From: Macrostomum lignano
Lineage: Eukaryota
Assembly (NCBI GenBank): GCA_002269645.1
Contig: NIVC01000165.1
Location: 1-39,340, forward strand
Length of the DNA: 39,340 nt
Reading direction: 5' to 3'
Under the pieces are notes generated by a model. It saw only the letters and a list, made by a program, of their open reading frames with translations. It did not search any database and was not told where the DNA came from. The position numbers and the translations under genes are program-made. The stretch's first letter is position 1; each line of letters opens with the position of its first letter. This document shows positions 36,635 to 39,340 of the stretch, piece by piece.

Positions 36635-37986
36635 CGCCCTGTGTGAAGCTGCAGTGTGAGCAGCCTGCCTGTTCAATGTTCTGTTAGATTGAAGACGTTT
36701 TGGTTTTGTTCTTCTTTTAAATGAACTCAGTAGTCTGTTTTGGTTTTGAGTTCGGCTAATCTGCGACTTATGAGAATAACGCAGTACGTGGCGAACTATT
36801 AAAGTACTTTACTTGTTGATAAAGCATTACTTCTATCGTATCTAAAGTATAGTTAGGCAGCGAACGAATCACCCAGACGCCCCTAATCGCCGGTTCCGTA
36901 GTTTGTTGCAGCGTCAGCGACTCAGGACGGGACAAGTTCGAAATTTCGGATATAAGTCTATAAAGCTCCCATTTTGTTTCAAATTATAGAGTTTTTTCCC
37001 AATTTGAAAATTTCTCAGATTTAGAATTATTCACTTAATCGTTACCGTGTTTCCTACACATAATAAATAATAATAAATATTAAAAATCAACAAAAATATT
37101 TGCAGGAGATTTGTGGGCACCCTGCTGCATGGCGCAACGCCTTCGGGACATCGTCCCACAAAACCAGCACTGACAGCAAATCTGCCCAAGTCTATATGTG
37201 CCTTCATGGGGGCTGGCCATCATGATGGGTGTGCATACTCGTAGCTGAAAATGAGGCGCTTACCGTTGCTTGCAGAATCCAGATAAACTTTTTCGAATGA
37301 ACTATTCAATTCAGATTTGTAACAAACAGAAATTCATTGTTCGCATAGCTCATTTTCGATTTCAGTTGCAGATTTTCTTGGCTAGTAGTACAATTATTAA
37401 CTGATCAAAACGTCGAGAAGAAACGAATCAGACTGCAGTACCAGTGTAGCAACTGCAGGTCCCCAACTTCAGCAAACAGCCTGACTTTTATAATTATTGC
37501 TTCTCGGCAATGCTAGACTCTCAGAGAAAAGCCACTCTCTCTGCAAAATCCAAACGCTAAAAAAATTCTAGAGAGCAATGGCTGCAGTATAGTATGTCCC
37601 GTGTGTGTGCAAGCTAGCAAATCGATTTTCCTTACACGATTGAATTGCTTGAATAGAAGTCAGTAGCGCGCGTAGATCTGAGCTCTCAACTCGGTCCCAA
37701 GCCTGTACGGACACCCCTCCGATCAACCTCCCCATATTGAGTCCCTGAGAGCAATAAAAATCGATCAGTTCTGCTCTGGGCGAACAAAAGCTTTAAAAAT
37801 TCCAGAGACTAAAACCGGACCAAGTGAGAGAAGGAGTTGCCGTGTTTTTTGTTAGCCAAGCGTCGATCGTACGGGGTCTTGATCTGAGCGAGTAGTAGTA
37901 CGCGCACGTGTGGATTTCTTTGCTGGCTTTAATTTTTACTAATGCATATATTTATTTCTCTAGGAGAGTCGATACTGAACTGCTAG

Positions 37987-38820
37987 AAGGCGCGTCATCA
38001 CCGGGGGGACAGGGGGACATGTCGTCCCCAGTAAAAGCGCTGAGCTGGGGGGGGGACTTTAATCCCCCCGCGGCGCTAAAATGAGTGCCTGCGGCGCTAA
38101 AATGAGTGCCTGCGGCGCTAAAATGAGAGCCTGCGGCGCTAAAATGAGTGCCTGCGGCGCTAAAATGAGTGCCTGCGGCGCTAAAATGAGTGCCTGCGGC
38201 GCTAAAATGAGTGCCTGCGGCGCTAAAATGAGTGCCTGCGGCGCTAAAATGAGTGCCTGCGGCGCTAAAATGAGTGCCTGCGGCGCTAAAATGAGTGCCT
38301 GCGGCGCTAAAATGAGTGCCTGCGGCGCTAAAATGAGTGCCTGTGGCGCTAAAATGAGTGCCTGTGGCGCTAAAATGAGAGCCTGCGGCGCTAAAATGAG
38401 TGCCTGCGGCGCTAAAATGAGTGCCTGTGGCGCTAAAATGAGAGCCTGTGGCGCTAAAATGAGAGCCTGTGGCGCTAAAATGAGTGCCTGTGGCGCTAAA
38501 ATGAGTGACTGCGGCGCTAAAATGAGTGCCTGTGGCGCTAAAATGAGAGCCTGTGGCGCTAAAATGAGAGCCTGTGGCGCTAAAATGAGTGACTGCGGCG
38601 CTAAAATGAGTGACTGCGGCGCTAAAATGAGTGCCTGTGGCGCTAAAATGAGTGCCTGTAGCGCTAAAATGAGTGCCTGTGGCGCTAAAATGAGTGCCTG
38701 TGGCGCTAAAATGAGTGCCTGCGGCGTTCATTTTACATGTATATTTTTATGTACATGTACATATTGAATTATTGCATGGCTTTGTCCCCCCCCATTATTA
38801 ATTCCATGGCGACGCCCCTG
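37987..38820 (-). mobile_element. Non-autonomous hAT-like element, copy 2 (inverted), 834 bp, with internal 21-bp array
   Basis: The right end reverse-complements to CAGGGGCGTCGCCA...GGGGGGGACAAAGCC...TACATGTACAT, as in copy 1. Flanked by ACTGCTAG at 37979-37986 and 38821-38828 (the match extends to 10 bp). About 31 copies of the same 21-mer at about 38071-38727. The other TIR is degenerate. Confidence 0.8.
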
Positions 38821-39340
38821 ACTGCTAGAATCCATAGTAGCAGTGTTTATGCATTTTTTGGACTACGTGCAGATAGCTATAAATATATATTCAAAAGCAA
38901 AATTCTATGAAATTTACTAGCTATTGCGTGTGCAAAAAAGTATAAAGTAATTTAAAATGCATGCACATTTTCATGTCTCAGAGATCGACTATGCCAGCTT
39001 CAGCATCTCGATCAGATTTGATAGCTTTAATCAGTAAAGGAGTTATACAGAAGCTTCGTTGCATGTTCATGCAGGCTGAAAATCTAAGAATTAGTCTGTA
39101 ATGCGAACTGAAACAAAAAACCGCCCTTTTTGCTGCTTTGATAGGATTTTTACACCGTAGAGCTCTACATTGTGCATAAATTTTACAAGAATCTCTAAAT
39201 TTTGGTTAATAAAGCCTTCCAAAAATCCAAGAAGAATGAAACAATTTTGCATATGCTATTCAGAAGTCAAGAAGTGATTTATACAAGCCCCCCCCCCCAG
39301 TTGTGCAAGTATAGTCACAACCAGTAGTCTAGTATATATA

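Noticed and set aside
37952-38767. 259-aa and 228-aa repetitive ORFs (GTHFSAA / MSACGAK), also at 20392-21166
   Set aside because: They are translations of a stop-free 21-bp array inside a MITE; no evidence of coding.

Overview
Eukaryotic (metazoan-type) genomic DNA, not prokaryotic: GC-rich spliced exons sit in AT-rich introns packed with tandem repeats. The style suggests a repeat-rich invertebrate such as a flatworm, but this is inference only. I assembled five spliced gene models by hand, with GT-AG junctions kept in frame: (1) an 11-exon HPS3-like gene (minus, 290-12100); (2) a 5-exon full-length ceramide transfer protein CERT (PH-FFAT-START; plus, 14401-18656); (3) a second CERT paralog that appears to lack the PH domain (FFAT-START only; plus, 21718-24898); (4) a transglutaminase with an intact Cys-His-Asp triad (minus, 26179 to about 31082, 5' end unresolved); (5) an unrecognised membrane protein with a poly-Asn tract (minus, 34824 to about 36634). 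An HPS3 intron holds a 4955-bp Ty3/Gypsy retrotransposon with identical 181-bp LTRs, a GTAC target duplication, a tRNA-Leu-type PBS, a PPT and a candidate -1 frameshift pseudoknot. There are also two copies of a non-autonomous hAT-like element carrying an internal 21-bp array, a foldback-like element, a small MITE relic and about 20 distinct tandem arrays. The most novel signal is the CERT pair: the PH-less copy has diverged from the parent at synonymous sites except for a 381-bp tract (2 mismatches) covering the ceramide-binding pocket, which suggests gene conversion. Most long ORFs in the supplied track are repeat or antisense artefacts. All family assignments come from recalled motifs; no database search was run.
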